Source: an uncultured delta proteobacterium (GTDB lineage: Bacteria; Desulfobacterota; Desulfobacteria; Desulfobacterales; SG8-13). From it: a stretch of 64,000 bases of DNA. Location: contig CAWKCK010000005.1 of NCBI GenBank assembly GCA_963848135.1, positions 248,001 through 312,000 of the forward strand, written 5' to 3'. Positions 52,929 through 62,664 of this stretch are shown in pieces. The notes beneath the pieces are model-generated. The model was not told the DNA's origin. It did not search any database and was given only the letters and a program-made list of their open reading frames with translations. Position 1 is the first letter of the stretch. The number at the start of each line of letters is the position of its first letter. The translations under genes were made by a program, and so were the position numbers.

Positions 52929-53900
52929 TCATTTGATGAGTTCGACAAATCCCAGCACAGGAATGGCTTTTCCGTTTCTTTGCAGTTCGCCTTCCACGAC
53001 CGCCATAGCAAAACCGCCGACAATCCAGTTGCCCTGATTCTTCCGGCTGACCTGACGTAAGGTGAGCTGGCCTGGTGTTCTGCCTTCTGACCCCTTGAGC
53101 TTTACCTCGATATTCCAGCGCTGTGGCCAACGAAAGAAACCAAAATTAAAGGCCTTCTCAAAAGCCTTGAACCGGGTAGTGTAAATCTCCCCCTGCCAGT
53201 CGTTAGCTGTAATAAAGCCCTTGGAGCGGTGATCACCGCCTTCCCCTTCGCTGCGCAAATAAAGGTCTTGCCATGTAACGGGTGCGCCCAGGTCAAGCGC
53301 AAGGTAAAACCCCTGAAAATTGTCCCAGGTATCGGTATAGGTGCGGGTCAGGCGGTTCCAGTTGTGGTGAACCAGTCCCTCGTAAATCACCCGACCGCTG
53401 ATCTCTCTGCCTTTCCAATAAAGTTCTGCCTTAGCGGCGCCCCAATTCTGGATTCGTTCCCCATCGGATTCGCGCAACTGGATAAAAAGTGGTTCTATTT
53501 TTAGAGACAGGAAGTTTTCATTGCTGCCTATGGTCAATCCGGTTTCAGCATGCCCCCTAAAGCTAAAATGGGGAGAATCCGGGATTTGATCCAGGGTACC
53601 ATGGATGTTATTATAATCACCCATCCCAATCAATTTTACCCAACCTGACCTTTGATCGTATAGCACACCGAAATGTTCTGCCTGGTAATCAGGCCCATCC
53701 ACACCACGGTTATTGTCGAGGGCAAATGCGACGAAGCCGGTGGCATCACGCCCCACGAATGAGAAGTAGTCAGAATAGTAAGAGAGTTTTGCTTCAGCAA
53801 ATGTATTAATTGGTATCGGGCAGAGAAACAGAATGACCAGATACCAGGCTCGCAAACTCCCGCGCGCTCTTCTGTGAAAAGTGAGTCCTTGTTGTCTCAT
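52929..53900 (-). CDS. Secreted hypothetical protein, possibly lipocalin/AttH-like beta-barrel
   Basis: 323-aa ORF, signal-like N-terminus, aromatic beta-rich sequence with WPQRW.I motif. Confidence 0.6.
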   Translation of the reverse strand: MRQQGLTFHRRARGSLRAWYLVILFLCPIPINTFAEAKLSYYSDYFSFVGRDATGFVAFALDNNRGVDGPDYQAEHFGVLYDQRSGWVKLIGMGDYNNIHGTLDQIPDSPHFSFRGHAETGLTIGSNENFLSLKIEPLFIQLRESDGERIQNWGAAKAELYWKGREISGRVIYEGLVHHNWNRLTRTYTDTWDNFQGFYLALDLGAPVTWQDLYLRSEGEGGDHRSKGFITANDWQGEIYTTRFKAFEKAFNFGFFRWPQRWNIEVKLKGSEGRTPGQLTLRQVSRKNQGNWIVGGFAMAVVEGELQRNGKAIPVLGFVELIK

Positions 53901-54221
53901 GTGGTTTAGCCTGGAAATTTCATCAATTGCAGGCTTTTATGGCCAAGGCATTTCGAGGTGATGCTGTAACCAGTCTACTGCGATCCTCGAATAACGCCGG
54001 CCACAGGAGCCTCCGGTTGACCCGAAGGGTGAAATCTTTTCAGCACTTTCATTAGATCTTAAGGAGGTACAAAGTGTCCCTCTGTTATCCGGTTCATGAG
54101 TTTGCCCAATGCCCCGATATGGCTTCTTTTTTCTGCCCGGTGAAAAGATTTCATGAAATATTCGGGATAGGCGATGCGGTACCTCAAACGTTATGGCTAA
54201 ACGGATCGATACCAATAAGGA

Positions 54222-55241
54222 TTACATGGCTGCTTTTCGAGCGATGTCAAGCCAACTATTCCACTTCACGATATTTTTTTCGATCCAGTCTCTGGCGTGA
54301 CGCTCTATGTCTTTTTGCGATTTTTCGCCGTTTTGCATTTTGGCATTCTGCTCATTGATATCGGCCAGCGACAGAGTGAATACTTCGAAAAAAGTTTTGG
54401 CCGCCGGATTTTCGGCGAGAAACTTTTTGTTAGCGACGATCTGGATGTCGGCAACCACAAATCCAAGCTTAACTGGATCACTTACTGCGCCCTCAACGCC
54501 TGAAACCGTCATTCGGTCGACGGCTTCCATTTCGACGGGCCGGGCCTTGATTTCGGGAACGTTGATCCACATCACATCTTTACCCGGTTTTAATTTATAA
54601 ATGGTCCAATTAGGCGCCCAGGTGAAGAAGAAAACCGGTTTCCCGATTTTGTATCTAGCCAAGGCGTCGGCCATTCCGGCGGTGTAACCGGCCTTTATCG
54701 GATTGATGTGGTCTTTCATACCGTACACATCAAGATGGTATGTTATGGTGGTCTCGCAACCCCATCCAGGCGGACAGGCGACCAGGTCGGCCTTGCCATC
54801 TTTATTGCTGTCAAAAGCCGCCTTAACTTCCGGGCGTTTGAAGTCCTCGAGTGACTGGATATTGAATTTTTCGACCTCCCGTTTGGAAACCAAATAGCCC
54901 TGCAGCCCCCCGGACTTGACCACGTAACCGATCATTTCCCCTTTTTCGGCAAAGTCCTTTGGCATGTGCTCCTTGTGCATCGGAAACCAGCCATTGGTCC
55001 AGTAGTCGACATCACCGAGTGAAACCGCCAGGTAAAAAAGGGAATTCTGTAGCTCCTTCGGACTTTTCACCTTGTAACCGAGTTCCTTCAAACCGGCGCG
55101 AACCAAAGCCTCCTGGAAGTAACCTGTATTCCAAGTGGCGCGTGCGGGCTGCACACTGACATTCTCTCCCGGTTTTTGTTGATCAGCCAAAGCCGGTAAC
55201 GTCAGCAAGATCATAAGCAGGATGAATAGATTTTTTTTCAT
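54222..55241 (-). CDS. proX: Glycine betaine/proline ABC transporter substrate-binding protein
   Basis: FQEALV..GL.ELGY, W.P.H, QGYL, FD.N.DGKADL..C.PGWGCE, WAPNW. Confidence 0.9.
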   Translation of the reverse strand: MKKNLFILLMILLTLPALADQQKPGENVSVQPARATWNTGYFQEALVRAGLKELGYKVKSPKELQNSLFYLAVSLGDVDYWTNGWFPMHKEHMPKDFAEKGEMIGYVVKSGGLQGYLVSKREVEKFNIQSLEDFKRPEVKAAFDSNKDGKADLVACPPGWGCETTITYHLDVYGMKDHINPIKAGYTAGMADALARYKIGKPVFFFTWAPNWTIYKLKPGKDVMWINVPEIKARPVEMEAVDRMTVSGVEGAVSDPVKLGFVVADIQIVANKKFLAENPAAKTFFEVFTLSLADINEQNAKMQNGEKSQKDIERHARDWIEKNIVKWNSWLDIARKAAM

Positions 55242-55545
55242 ACAATCCTCCTCTGCATGCACGGAAGTGAACAATAGGCGTCACATCCTCGTGCGTAGAT
55301 TGCTGTAATCCACCTGACCGACGTCGTAACAATTACCGCATCACGTCGATAGGGATTGATATGTGATACGGTTGCCCTTCGCTGATGGCTTTGAATAGGA
55401 TACCCGACGTCAACAGCCGGGGCATTCATTTATTATTTTCCAACAGGTCATTGTTGATTTTGAATATTGCTTCAGGAAACGGTAGAGTTTAAAATTAACT
55501 ATATTGCGGTTGCACCGGCAGAGACCGGTTTAAGAGAGGAACTGG

Positions 55546-56265
55546 TTATCCCGGCCAGTTTGCTGCGATGAGGTATTCATGCATAATTCTTTTCGCCATT
55601 CCCTGCTCCCACTCAGCGGACTTGGTCAACGTTGATCTCATGCCGCCATTCCAGGGATACCTCACCCAAACGGATGCACCCGAAAAGCTGAAAAAAGCGG
55701 TCTGCGTCACTTTTGTGTAGTTGCCCGCCGGACTCAGTTGAATGGTTCCGTAGTGGAATTCATGTCGACAGTCTTTGGCGTTCAACAGTTTAAACTCCAG
55801 ACGGTAGTGATCCGCATGTATGGTGGTTTGCCACAAAAACCGTAATTGGGGTGCCGAAGCGTAGCGATTTTCAGTGACAACTCTTTTGTCTGCGGCGAGG
55901 ATAAATCGGTGTTCTACAAGTTGGTTATTGGAGAGCAGGAAATCATTTTCGAAATCGGTTTTGAAGCGCCAGAGGGCATTTATTGGTGTTGCGACATAGT
56001 ATTGAAGCCTGTATCCATATCCGCCTTTTTCATCTGGGGAAACTCTGGCCACAGAGATTTCCTCATTCGTCGGAAGACTTTCAGCGTATGCGTCGCCGGT
56101 GGCGGAGGCAACAAACAAGAGTGCTGCCGTGGAAACCAGCAGAGTAATAAGGTCGAAGAATGTCGGCATCGGTAGATGAATCGCATCAGTATGTCTTTTT
56201 TGTGATTTCATCATGATCGTTCTTCGATTCCAAGGTGGTATATTGCTTTCGCTGGCTTGATTCAT
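55546..56265 (-). CDS. Hypothetical membrane-anchored/secreted protein, SRPBCC-like
   Basis: Hydrophobic N-segment, W.FKTDF motif; start uncertain. Confidence 0.6.
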   Translation of the reverse strand: MNQASESNIPPWNRRTIMMKSQKRHTDAIHLPMPTFFDLITLLVSTAALLFVASATGDAYAESLPTNEEISVARVSPDEKGGYGYRLQYYVATPINALWRFKTDFENDFLLSNNQLVEHRFILAADKRVVTENRYASAPQLRFLWQTTIHADHYRLEFKLLNAKDCRHEFHYGTIQLSPAGNYTKVTQTAFFSFSGASVWVRYPWNGGMRSTLTKSAEWEQGMAKRIMHEYLIAANWPG

Positions 56266-56271
56266 ATTGGT

Positions 56272-56299
56272 AATCTAAACAATATTTAGACAATGTCAA
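56272..56299 (-). promoter_or_regulatory. Promoter of the divergent gene with TAAACA-N5-TAGACA repeat
   Basis: Minus TTGACA-16bp-TAGATT; plus-strand TnnACA at 56276 and 56287. Confidence 0.55.
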
Positions 56300-56386
56300 A
56301 CTTTACGGCAAAACCTCCCAAAAAATATCTATGCATCTATCTTTTATTAAAGGAAATTTTCGTTTAATATGGTTAACAGTTTATCA

Positions 56387-56426
56387 TAAACAAATACTTG
56401 ACATTCATAACAAGTCAGACTATTTT
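56387..56426 (+). promoter_or_regulatory. sigma70 promoter of CarH-like copy 2 with TAAACA-N5-TTGACA repeat
   Basis: TTGACA-17bp-TATTTT-6bp-ATG; same layout as the copy 1 promoter. Confidence 0.65.
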
Positions 56427-56432
56427 TCCGAT

Positions 56433-57380
56433 ATGGAAGATAGAGGACTATATACGATCCGATTGGTTTCAGAACGCACAGGTTTGTCGCCGCATGTCAT
56501 TCGCGCTTGGGAAAAACGTTATCAGGCGGTTGTTCCCCAACGGTCGTCGACAAATCGTCGGCTTTATTTCGATCATGACGTTCAGCGATTGCAGATCCTC
56601 AAGCAAATGACGGATGCCGGTTATACGATATCACGTGTTGCAAAATTGAATTCGGACGAACTTCGGGAATTGGCCCAAAAAGAAGCTTCGAATTTTCCTC
56701 GAGCGTCGATGAGCAGAGGCCGATCAAAGCGACAACCCGCAGCAGACAAATACTACAATGACGGTTTGACTGCCGTAGTCAACCTCGATCCGAACGGCTT
56801 GGAGAGTACCCTCGATCAAGCAGCCATCGAACTGACGCGACTAACACTCTTGAGAGACGTTGTCATTCCGTTGTTCGAAGAGATTGGTTATTTATGGCGA
56901 AACGGTAACTTGAAAATCATCAATGAACATATGGCCACTTCGGTGACACGAACCTTCTTACTGAATTTATTGAGAGCGACGGAGATATCCGACTCAGCAC
57001 CGAAAATCGTCATCGCCACAACCGTGGGGCAATGGCATGACATGGGCGCACTAACCGTGGCTTTGACGGCTGCGGAATACGGCTGGCACCCGCTCTATTT
57101 CGGCCCCAATTTACCCGCTGAGGAAATTGCAGCAGCGGTTAAACTTAGCAGCGCCAGTGCCGTGGCTATCAGCATCACCCATCTGTTGGACCAGCACCCA
57201 CTATCAGGCGAACTGCGCAAGCTGCGCCGGTATGTGGGCAACGGTGTGGCTTTATTTATAGGGGGACAATCTGCCGTTGATAACGCGCATATTGCAGATG
57301 AGGTCAATGCAAAATACATTGCAAATTTCGAACAGTTGATCGAAGAACTCAATTCGGTCCTTACCGATAACGTTGCGTGA
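56433..57380 (+). CDS. MerR-family B12-binding regulator (CarH/LitR-like), copy 2
   Basis: RAWEKRY, W-x9-EH, GQWHDMG, YFGPNLPAEEIA, AISI. Confidence 0.9.
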   Translation: MEDRGLYTIRLVSERTGLSPHVIRAWEKRYQAVVPQRSSTNRRLYFDHDVQRLQILKQMTDAGYTISRVAKLNSDELRELAQKEASNFPRASMSRGRSKRQPAADKYYNDGLTAVVNLDPNGLESTLDQAAIELTRLTLLRDVVIPLFEEIGYLWRNGNLKIINEHMATSVTRTFLLNLLRATEISDSAPKIVIATTVGQWHDMGALTVALTAAEYGWHPLYFGPNLPAEEIAAAVKLSSASAVAISITHLLDQHPLSGELRKLRRYVGNGVALFIGGQSAVDNAHIADEVNAKYIANFEQLIEELNSVLTDNVA

Positions 57381-57540
57381 TCCTCGAATCCCAATCCTCC
57401 CGAGCCAGAGCCCTGAGACCCTTTTTAGCTCTCGAGAGCAGAGATTAAGATAGAACCAAAAGTACCATTGGTCCCCTATAAAAAGGCCAGTCAAGAATCG
57501 ACACTGGTTGATATGACAACAAACAATCGAGGAGGACACC

Positions 57541-58065
57541 ATGCTGCCGGAACTATCCGGTATGTGGGATAAACTGGAAGACCGTCGCCGGGACATGCTC
57601 GCCAGAATCGATCGACTATCCCCTGAACAAGTGCAGTTCCAATTGCAACCCGATCGTTGGTCAATCTTGCAAGTTCTGCAGCACGTGGTCAGGGGTGAAG
57701 CGGGTATGCGCCGTTCCGAGGCCGAACTGCGAATCAACCCTCTGCGCGACATTCTGCAGCCGGGGCAGATGGTTCAGGTGGTCAAGGAAATTTTGGAAAA
57801 AGATGTACCGGTGGATGTTCCCGACCCCTCCATGGCGCCAGACGGGAAAGTGACTCTCAATGACCTGCGAACCACCTGGCAAAAGGAGCGCCGGGCCATG
57901 GCCATACTTCTCGAAACGGTGACCACGGAAAACCGGGAGCGTGTCATGTTCAGCCATTTGGCTGCCGGTCCCATGACGGCCTTGCAAATGCTTGAAATCG
58001 CCGTGGCCCACCTCGACACCCACCGCCGCCAGATCGACCGCATCTGCAAAGAGTTGCCTGCATGA
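57541..58065 (+). CDS. DinB family protein
   Basis: WSILQVLQH, H..AG.MT, HLDTHRRQI; GGAGG RBS. Confidence 0.85.
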   Translation: MLPELSGMWDKLEDRRRDMLARIDRLSPEQVQFQLQPDRWSILQVLQHVVRGEAGMRRSEAELRINPLRDILQPGQMVQVVKEILEKDVPVDVPDPSMAPDGKVTLNDLRTTWQKERRAMAILLETVTTENRERVMFSHLAAGPMTALQMLEIAVAHLDTHRRQIDRICKELPA

Positions 58066-58165
58066 TCCCCATCCTTACCGACATTCTTTCGGCGATTAGA
58101 ATTGATCATTCCCGCTATCGTCTTCACAAATGGATTTTGTAGCTTGGGTTTAGAATAATCAAAGG

Positions 58166-59560
58166 TTAAGAAAATTCAGGAATTCTTCCTTTTACTTTCT
58201 TTTTCCGGTTAAAATAATAATACACGCCGACACCGCAACCGATAGTGATAAGGCCTGCCAATGCCGGAACAGGCCGGCTTCGAACAGAAAAATAGATAAT
58301 CCACATGTTCCCCAGAATAAACAATATGGGGGTCAGCGGGTAGCCAAAAGTCTGGTAAGTATCAGAGGACGGTCGCTTGATCCTGAACACCATCAAACCG
58401 ATTACGGTGAGCATGGCAAACAGAGAAAGGGTGAAGCCGATATAGATGAGCAGTTTATTGTATGAAGCGGAAAGAATCATAACGATGGCAATGGCGGCCT
58501 GCAAAAAAATGGAGTAGGCTGGCGTATGATGGCTTTTACTCACTTTTGCGAAACGCCTGAAAAAAACCCCATCTTTAGACATGGCGTAATACACGCGCGG
58601 ACCAGCCATAATCATGGCGCTTAAAACGGAAAGCAGGCCGATGGCGATGGCACCACTGAAATAATGGCCCACCTGCTTCCCAAACAAAGCGGTGGCTGCT
58701 TTGGCACCGACATCGATGGCACCGCTCATCTGCGCAGCAGGCAACGCATAGATGTAAACCACATTCAGCAATAAGTAGAGCCCAGCGACAAGAAATGCGC
58801 CAGTGAAAAGAGAAAGCGGGATATTCTTCTCAGGATGCTTGATTTCACCGCCCAAATATGCCGCGGCATTCCAGCCACTGTATGCAAAAGAGATAAATAT
58901 CAGGCCGATTGCAAACTTATCCTGAAACACAATACTCAAATCAATGCCCTGGCCGAAGTTAACGGTTGAGCCGTTGGATGAAAAGAGGCCGAAACCGATG
59001 AAAACGACGATGATACTCACCTTCAGAAGTGTCAGTAGATTTTGGACCCGGCTTCCGATCTTGAGACTGTGGTAGTGAAGCAAAGAGAGGAGAATGACAA
59101 CTGCGATGGCTGTAAAGGTGACGGGCGAGAACGTGATGAGGTTAATCCCGAAAAAGGGAATCACCACTTGGGGTTCGACAGGCACGGATATCGCCCGGAA
59201 AAAATAGGTGGCAAAGGCGACCGCCGCCGCCGCAATGGGGGCAGAAAAACCCACGATGAGCGATATCCAGCCGGAGAGAAACGCGGTCAATTTGCCGAAG
59301 GCTTCCCGCAAATAAACGTATTCCCCGCCTGCATGGGGAAAACGCGCCCCCAGCTCTCCGTAGCACAGCGCGCCGCATAGAGCGAAGAGGCCACCCACGA
59401 ACCAGCAGAGGAGCATGGTCAAAGGATTGACCAGTTCGGCGATAATGAAACCAGATGTGGTGAAGATTCCGGTCCCCACCATGTTGGCCACCACAAGCGT
59501 GGTGGCGGAGAAATAACCAATTTCTCGTTTCAGCGTATTGTTGTTCAGGCTGTTTTTCAT
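58166..59560 (-). CDS. APC family amino acid permease
   Basis: MVGTGIF, YGELG.RFP.AGGEYVYL, FAYSGWN, GPRVYYAM; about 12 TM helices. Confidence 0.92.
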   Translation of the reverse strand: MKNSLNNNTLKREIGYFSATTLVVANMVGTGIFTTSGFIIAELVNPLTMLLCWFVGGLFALCGALCYGELGARFPHAGGEYVYLREAFGKLTAFLSGWISLIVGFSAPIAAAAVAFATYFFRAISVPVEPQVVIPFFGINLITFSPVTFTAIAVVILLSLLHYHSLKIGSRVQNLLTLLKVSIIVVFIGFGLFSSNGSTVNFGQGIDLSIVFQDKFAIGLIFISFAYSGWNAAAYLGGEIKHPEKNIPLSLFTGAFLVAGLYLLLNVVYIYALPAAQMSGAIDVGAKAATALFGKQVGHYFSGAIAIGLLSVLSAMIMAGPRVYYAMSKDGVFFRRFAKVSKSHHTPAYSIFLQAAIAIVMILSASYNKLLIYIGFTLSLFAMLTVIGLMVFRIKRPSSDTYQTFGYPLTPILFILGNMWIIYFSVRSRPVPALAGLITIGCGVGVYYYFNRKKKVKGRIPEFS

Positions 59561-59623
59561 CGATCATCGCCACCCAAAGTCAATTGCGGCTGTCAAACGG
59601 CGCCAGGCTTCCTCTTCTGCCTT

Positions 59624-60613
59624 TTATCGTGCCGGAACGGATGCATGCATGATGCGAAAACCGCTTGAGCAAGGCCCATCAAGTTTTCCGTCACTCCGCG
59701 TCAAGTACCTCTTTTCCATTTCTTGGGGACCGATGTCGGACAGAACGCTCAATCCCCGTTGTTTGACGTATGGTACGCTATCCCCTTCGGGTATGCCGAA
59801 GATAAAGGGTTCGCCTTTGTACGCTACCCAAAAAGTCAAACTGCGCACATCCTTATATTTTGAAAAATCACCCTGAATAACCGCCAGCGGCATGTAGTCG
59901 AACACGACCGAACTTCCCGGTGCGGACTGAGAACTGACGAATTTTAATGTACTGTCCACGGCTTCTGCGGAAATGTACATGGTGACGCCTTCCCAAATGA
60001 ACAGCGTTTTCAGATTTGAATCGTAGCCCGCTTTTCTTAGCTCGCCCGGGATGGTCTGAGTGTTGAAATCGATTGGCACATAGGCCACATAATCTGGAAC
60101 TTCGCCAAGCACCTGCTTTAGTCGTCTTTTCTTCTCTATAACCATTTCCGGCAGTTCGATTTCAAAAAACTTCACGGTCGGCATGGCCTTGCGGAAACGA
60201 TAGGCCCGGCTGTCGTAACCGGCCCCTAAATTCACGACCTGGGCAATGCCATCCGCAGCAGCCTCATGCAGTATCGCATCGATGTGCTTTGTGCGGGCAT
60301 TGACATAATGCGCCGTTGTGACCCGAAACGTTTTGACAATTTTCTGATAGGCGTCGAAATCATCAGCCATCAGGGAATAATGCCAGTAATCCGGATGCAC
60401 CATGCCCATGGCCATGTGGTCGTCGTTACGGACTTTTTCATCCGGATGCTGGCTAAAAATGGCACGAGTCGCGGTCACGGCTTCGGCGGTTATGGAAAGA
60501 CTTCCTGGTTCGACTGCCGGAGCAGCCTGAACCCAGAGGATCACGGTCAGAAAAAGCACCCCAAGTCGAGCGACACACTGAAGCGGTTTGTACGAAGCAT
60601 GATCGGATTGCAT
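59624..60613 (-). CDS. SAM-dependent methyltransferase (LCM/TIGR00027-like) with signal peptide
   Basis: ARTKHID, VVNLGAGYDSRAYRF, FIWEGVTMY; N-terminal hydrophobic segment ending APA. Confidence 0.85.
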   Translation of the reverse strand: MQSDHASYKPLQCVARLGVLFLTVILWVQAAPAVEPGSLSITAEAVTATRAIFSQHPDEKVRNDDHMAMGMVHPDYWHYSLMADDFDAYQKIVKTFRVTTAHYVNARTKHIDAILHEAAADGIAQVVNLGAGYDSRAYRFRKAMPTVKFFEIELPEMVIEKKRRLKQVLGEVPDYVAYVPIDFNTQTIPGELRKAGYDSNLKTLFIWEGVTMYISAEAVDSTLKFVSSQSAPGSSVVFDYMPLAVIQGDFSKYKDVRSLTFWVAYKGEPFIFGIPEGDSVPYVKQRGLSVLSDIGPQEMEKRYLTRSDGKLDGPCSSGFRIMHASVPAR

Positions 60614-60714
60614 GGATGATACCTCCTTGTCTGTCTTACCCGGAGACTTCATGAAATATGTTCAGGGTAAAGTTGTTTCAGGTCTCGTTCGTTTAAGGTG
60701 AACCGTTTAAAACA

Positions 60715-61701
60715 TTACTGATCCACCCTGGCGTGCATAACACGCACAAATGCCGTGGGAGTACCATCGATGCTGCCGTCACTTCGCACCAAATATTCTT
60801 TGGCGAGCTCTTTGGGTCCCAAATCAGAGATAACTTTAAGGCCGCGTTGGGTCACAAATTCGTGAGAATGGCCCTCAGCAATGCCGAACTTCAAGGGTTC
60901 ACCATTGGCAGATAGCCGAACAGCCATGAAACGGGCGCCCCGATATTTGCTGTAATCACCCTGCACCACCTCATCGCAGATATAGTCGAAAACCACTTCG
61001 CTTCCGGAAGCGGCATGCTTGACGATGGATCGCAGGGTGCGGTCTACGACTTCTCTGTCCGTATACGGGGTGGCCCCCTCCCATATAAACAGGGTTTTCT
61101 TATTTTCATCATAACCGGCACGTTTTAGTGAATCGAAAATATATTGGGAGCGACAATCGACCGGGATATAGGTCACCCTCGCAGGCAGCTCTCCAAATTC
61201 GGCTTTAACCATTTTTATTTTGCGGCTCAGAGTGGCGGGTTGATCCAACTCGAAAAAACGCACATTCGGTAACAGTTTCCCGAAGCGGTATGGGCGGCTG
61301 TCAAACCCGGCACCGATATTAACCACTTGCTCCAGATTTTTCGCAGCAATTTTCTGTAAAATATTGTCAATGTGCCAGGTCATCGCATTCGCTGTGTAAT
61401 ACCGGCTCCCACGGTAGAACTTTATAAACGCCCTGGACTTTTTATAGTCTTTGACCAACGGGCCAAAGAACCAAAAATTAGGAGTGAGAAACTTTTCGGC
61501 CAGATAGTCGGGGTTACGGACCTTTTCATCGGGATCCATGGCTGCAATAGCGCGCATGCCGGTTTGCATTTCGGCGACCACGGAAACTTCCCCCGGCTTG
61601 AGCGCCTGGCTGGAGGGAATGCTTACAGCCAAAACCAGGACCGTAGAGACGACGCAAAAAATGAGAAGGGGATTGGGGCGGTGAGGGCGATTCACTTTCA
61701 T
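60715..61701 (-). CDS. SAM-dependent methyltransferase (LCM/TIGR00027-like) with signal peptide, paralog
   Basis: VVNIGAGFDSRPYRF, FFELDQP, FIWEG; signal peptide ending SQA; AGGAGG RBS. Confidence 0.85.
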   Translation of the reverse strand: MKVNRPHRPNPLLIFCVVSTVLVLAVSIPSSQALKPGEVSVVAEMQTGMRAIAAMDPDEKVRNPDYLAEKFLTPNFWFFGPLVKDYKKSRAFIKFYRGSRYYTANAMTWHIDNILQKIAAKNLEQVVNIGAGFDSRPYRFGKLLPNVRFFELDQPATLSRKIKMVKAEFGELPARVTYIPVDCRSQYIFDSLKRAGYDENKKTLFIWEGATPYTDREVVDRTLRSIVKHAASGSEVVFDYICDEVVQGDYSKYRGARFMAVRLSANGEPLKFGIAEGHSHEFVTQRGLKVISDLGPKELAKEYLVRSDGSIDGTPTAFVRVMHARVDQ

Positions 61702-62019
61702 GGGCCATACCTCCTTTTTATGGGTGTTTAACCTAAAATGCCCTAATTCTTCGATTTACTCGACGCCAACGGTGGTTATTATGGGCAACGCTCATTTCCG
61801 GGTAGGGGATACCGATTGTCAAGAAATGACAGGCTTACAAAACCCATATGGAGGATATAAATACCCTTTTGTACTTTTGTCAAGCATAAAAATACGTCTA
61901 ATGGTACAATTGGATTGTTTGTAGCGGAGTCAAAAGGTAATGGGGGAGCTACCCTGCTACGGGTGAGTCACGGGTCGAGGGGCACCATATGCTTTGAGAA
62001 ATATTTTCAGTAATGAGAA

Positions 62020-62094
62020 TGGAGGCGGCACCCGGAGTCGAACCAGGGGATCACGGCTTTGCGAGCCGCTGCCTTATCACTTGGCTATGCCGCC
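62020..62094 (-). tRNA. tRNA-Cys(GCA), atypical (C33)
   Basis: GGCGGCA/TGCCGCC acceptor stem, U73, encoded CCA, anticodon arm GCGGC-TCGCAAA-GCCGT, T-loop TTCGACT. Confidence 0.8.
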
Positions 62095-62429
62095 ATACTG
62101 GAAAGGATTGGGACTGGGTATGGTCATATTGCGGGTGATTACCGAGAATCCACCTTACTAAATTGAGATTGTTTTGCAAACATTTTTCGATTTAGCGTCA
62201 CTATTTTCAATAGCGAATGTTCCTTTGATCAGTCGGTGCATGAAAGCACAATAACAATCGTAGCGTCTTTTCCTGTTTATTATGATCCTTCGAACTTCAG
62301 TCACCAGTGCCTAATTTCTTTGAGCGTTGAACCCTTGTCTTGGAACCAAGCTGAATACCTGCATATGCATGTTCCGCTACGGGCATTCAACCGGGCAGGC
62401 CCGTAACTCGTATCCCCCGACGGCCAACC

Positions 62430-62640
62430 CGGGACCCTGAACTCAGAACCCGAACCACCAAACACTAAACACCATTTCTTAATCCCTCAATTCCTCAATC
62501 TCCAAATCTCCATTCCTTTCAGCTTTCGCATAGCGCGAAATGCCTTACCCAAACTCGTAATGCGCAACTCGCAACTCCTTTTTTATTCCTTTCAGCTTTG
62601 AACTTTGAGCTACTATAACCCGTACCCTGCAACCAGAAAC
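62430..62640. repeat. Degenerate 7-8-bp short tandem repeats
   Basis: CCCTCAAT/TCCTCAAT, CGCAACT x2, TTTCAGC/TTTGAAC/TTTGAGC. Confidence 0.5.
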
Positions 62641-62664
62641 ACCGTCCGCTTCTATCCCTTCTTA

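Noticed and set aside
50200..62020. Genomic island integrated at the tRNA-Cys 3' end
   Set aside because: No integrase and no duplicated tRNA 3' end seen in the window.
62040..62075. Reading the tRNA as Ala(CGC) by shifting the anticodon loop
   Set aside because: The shifted register destroys the anticodon stem; U73 and the acceptor stem fit Cys.
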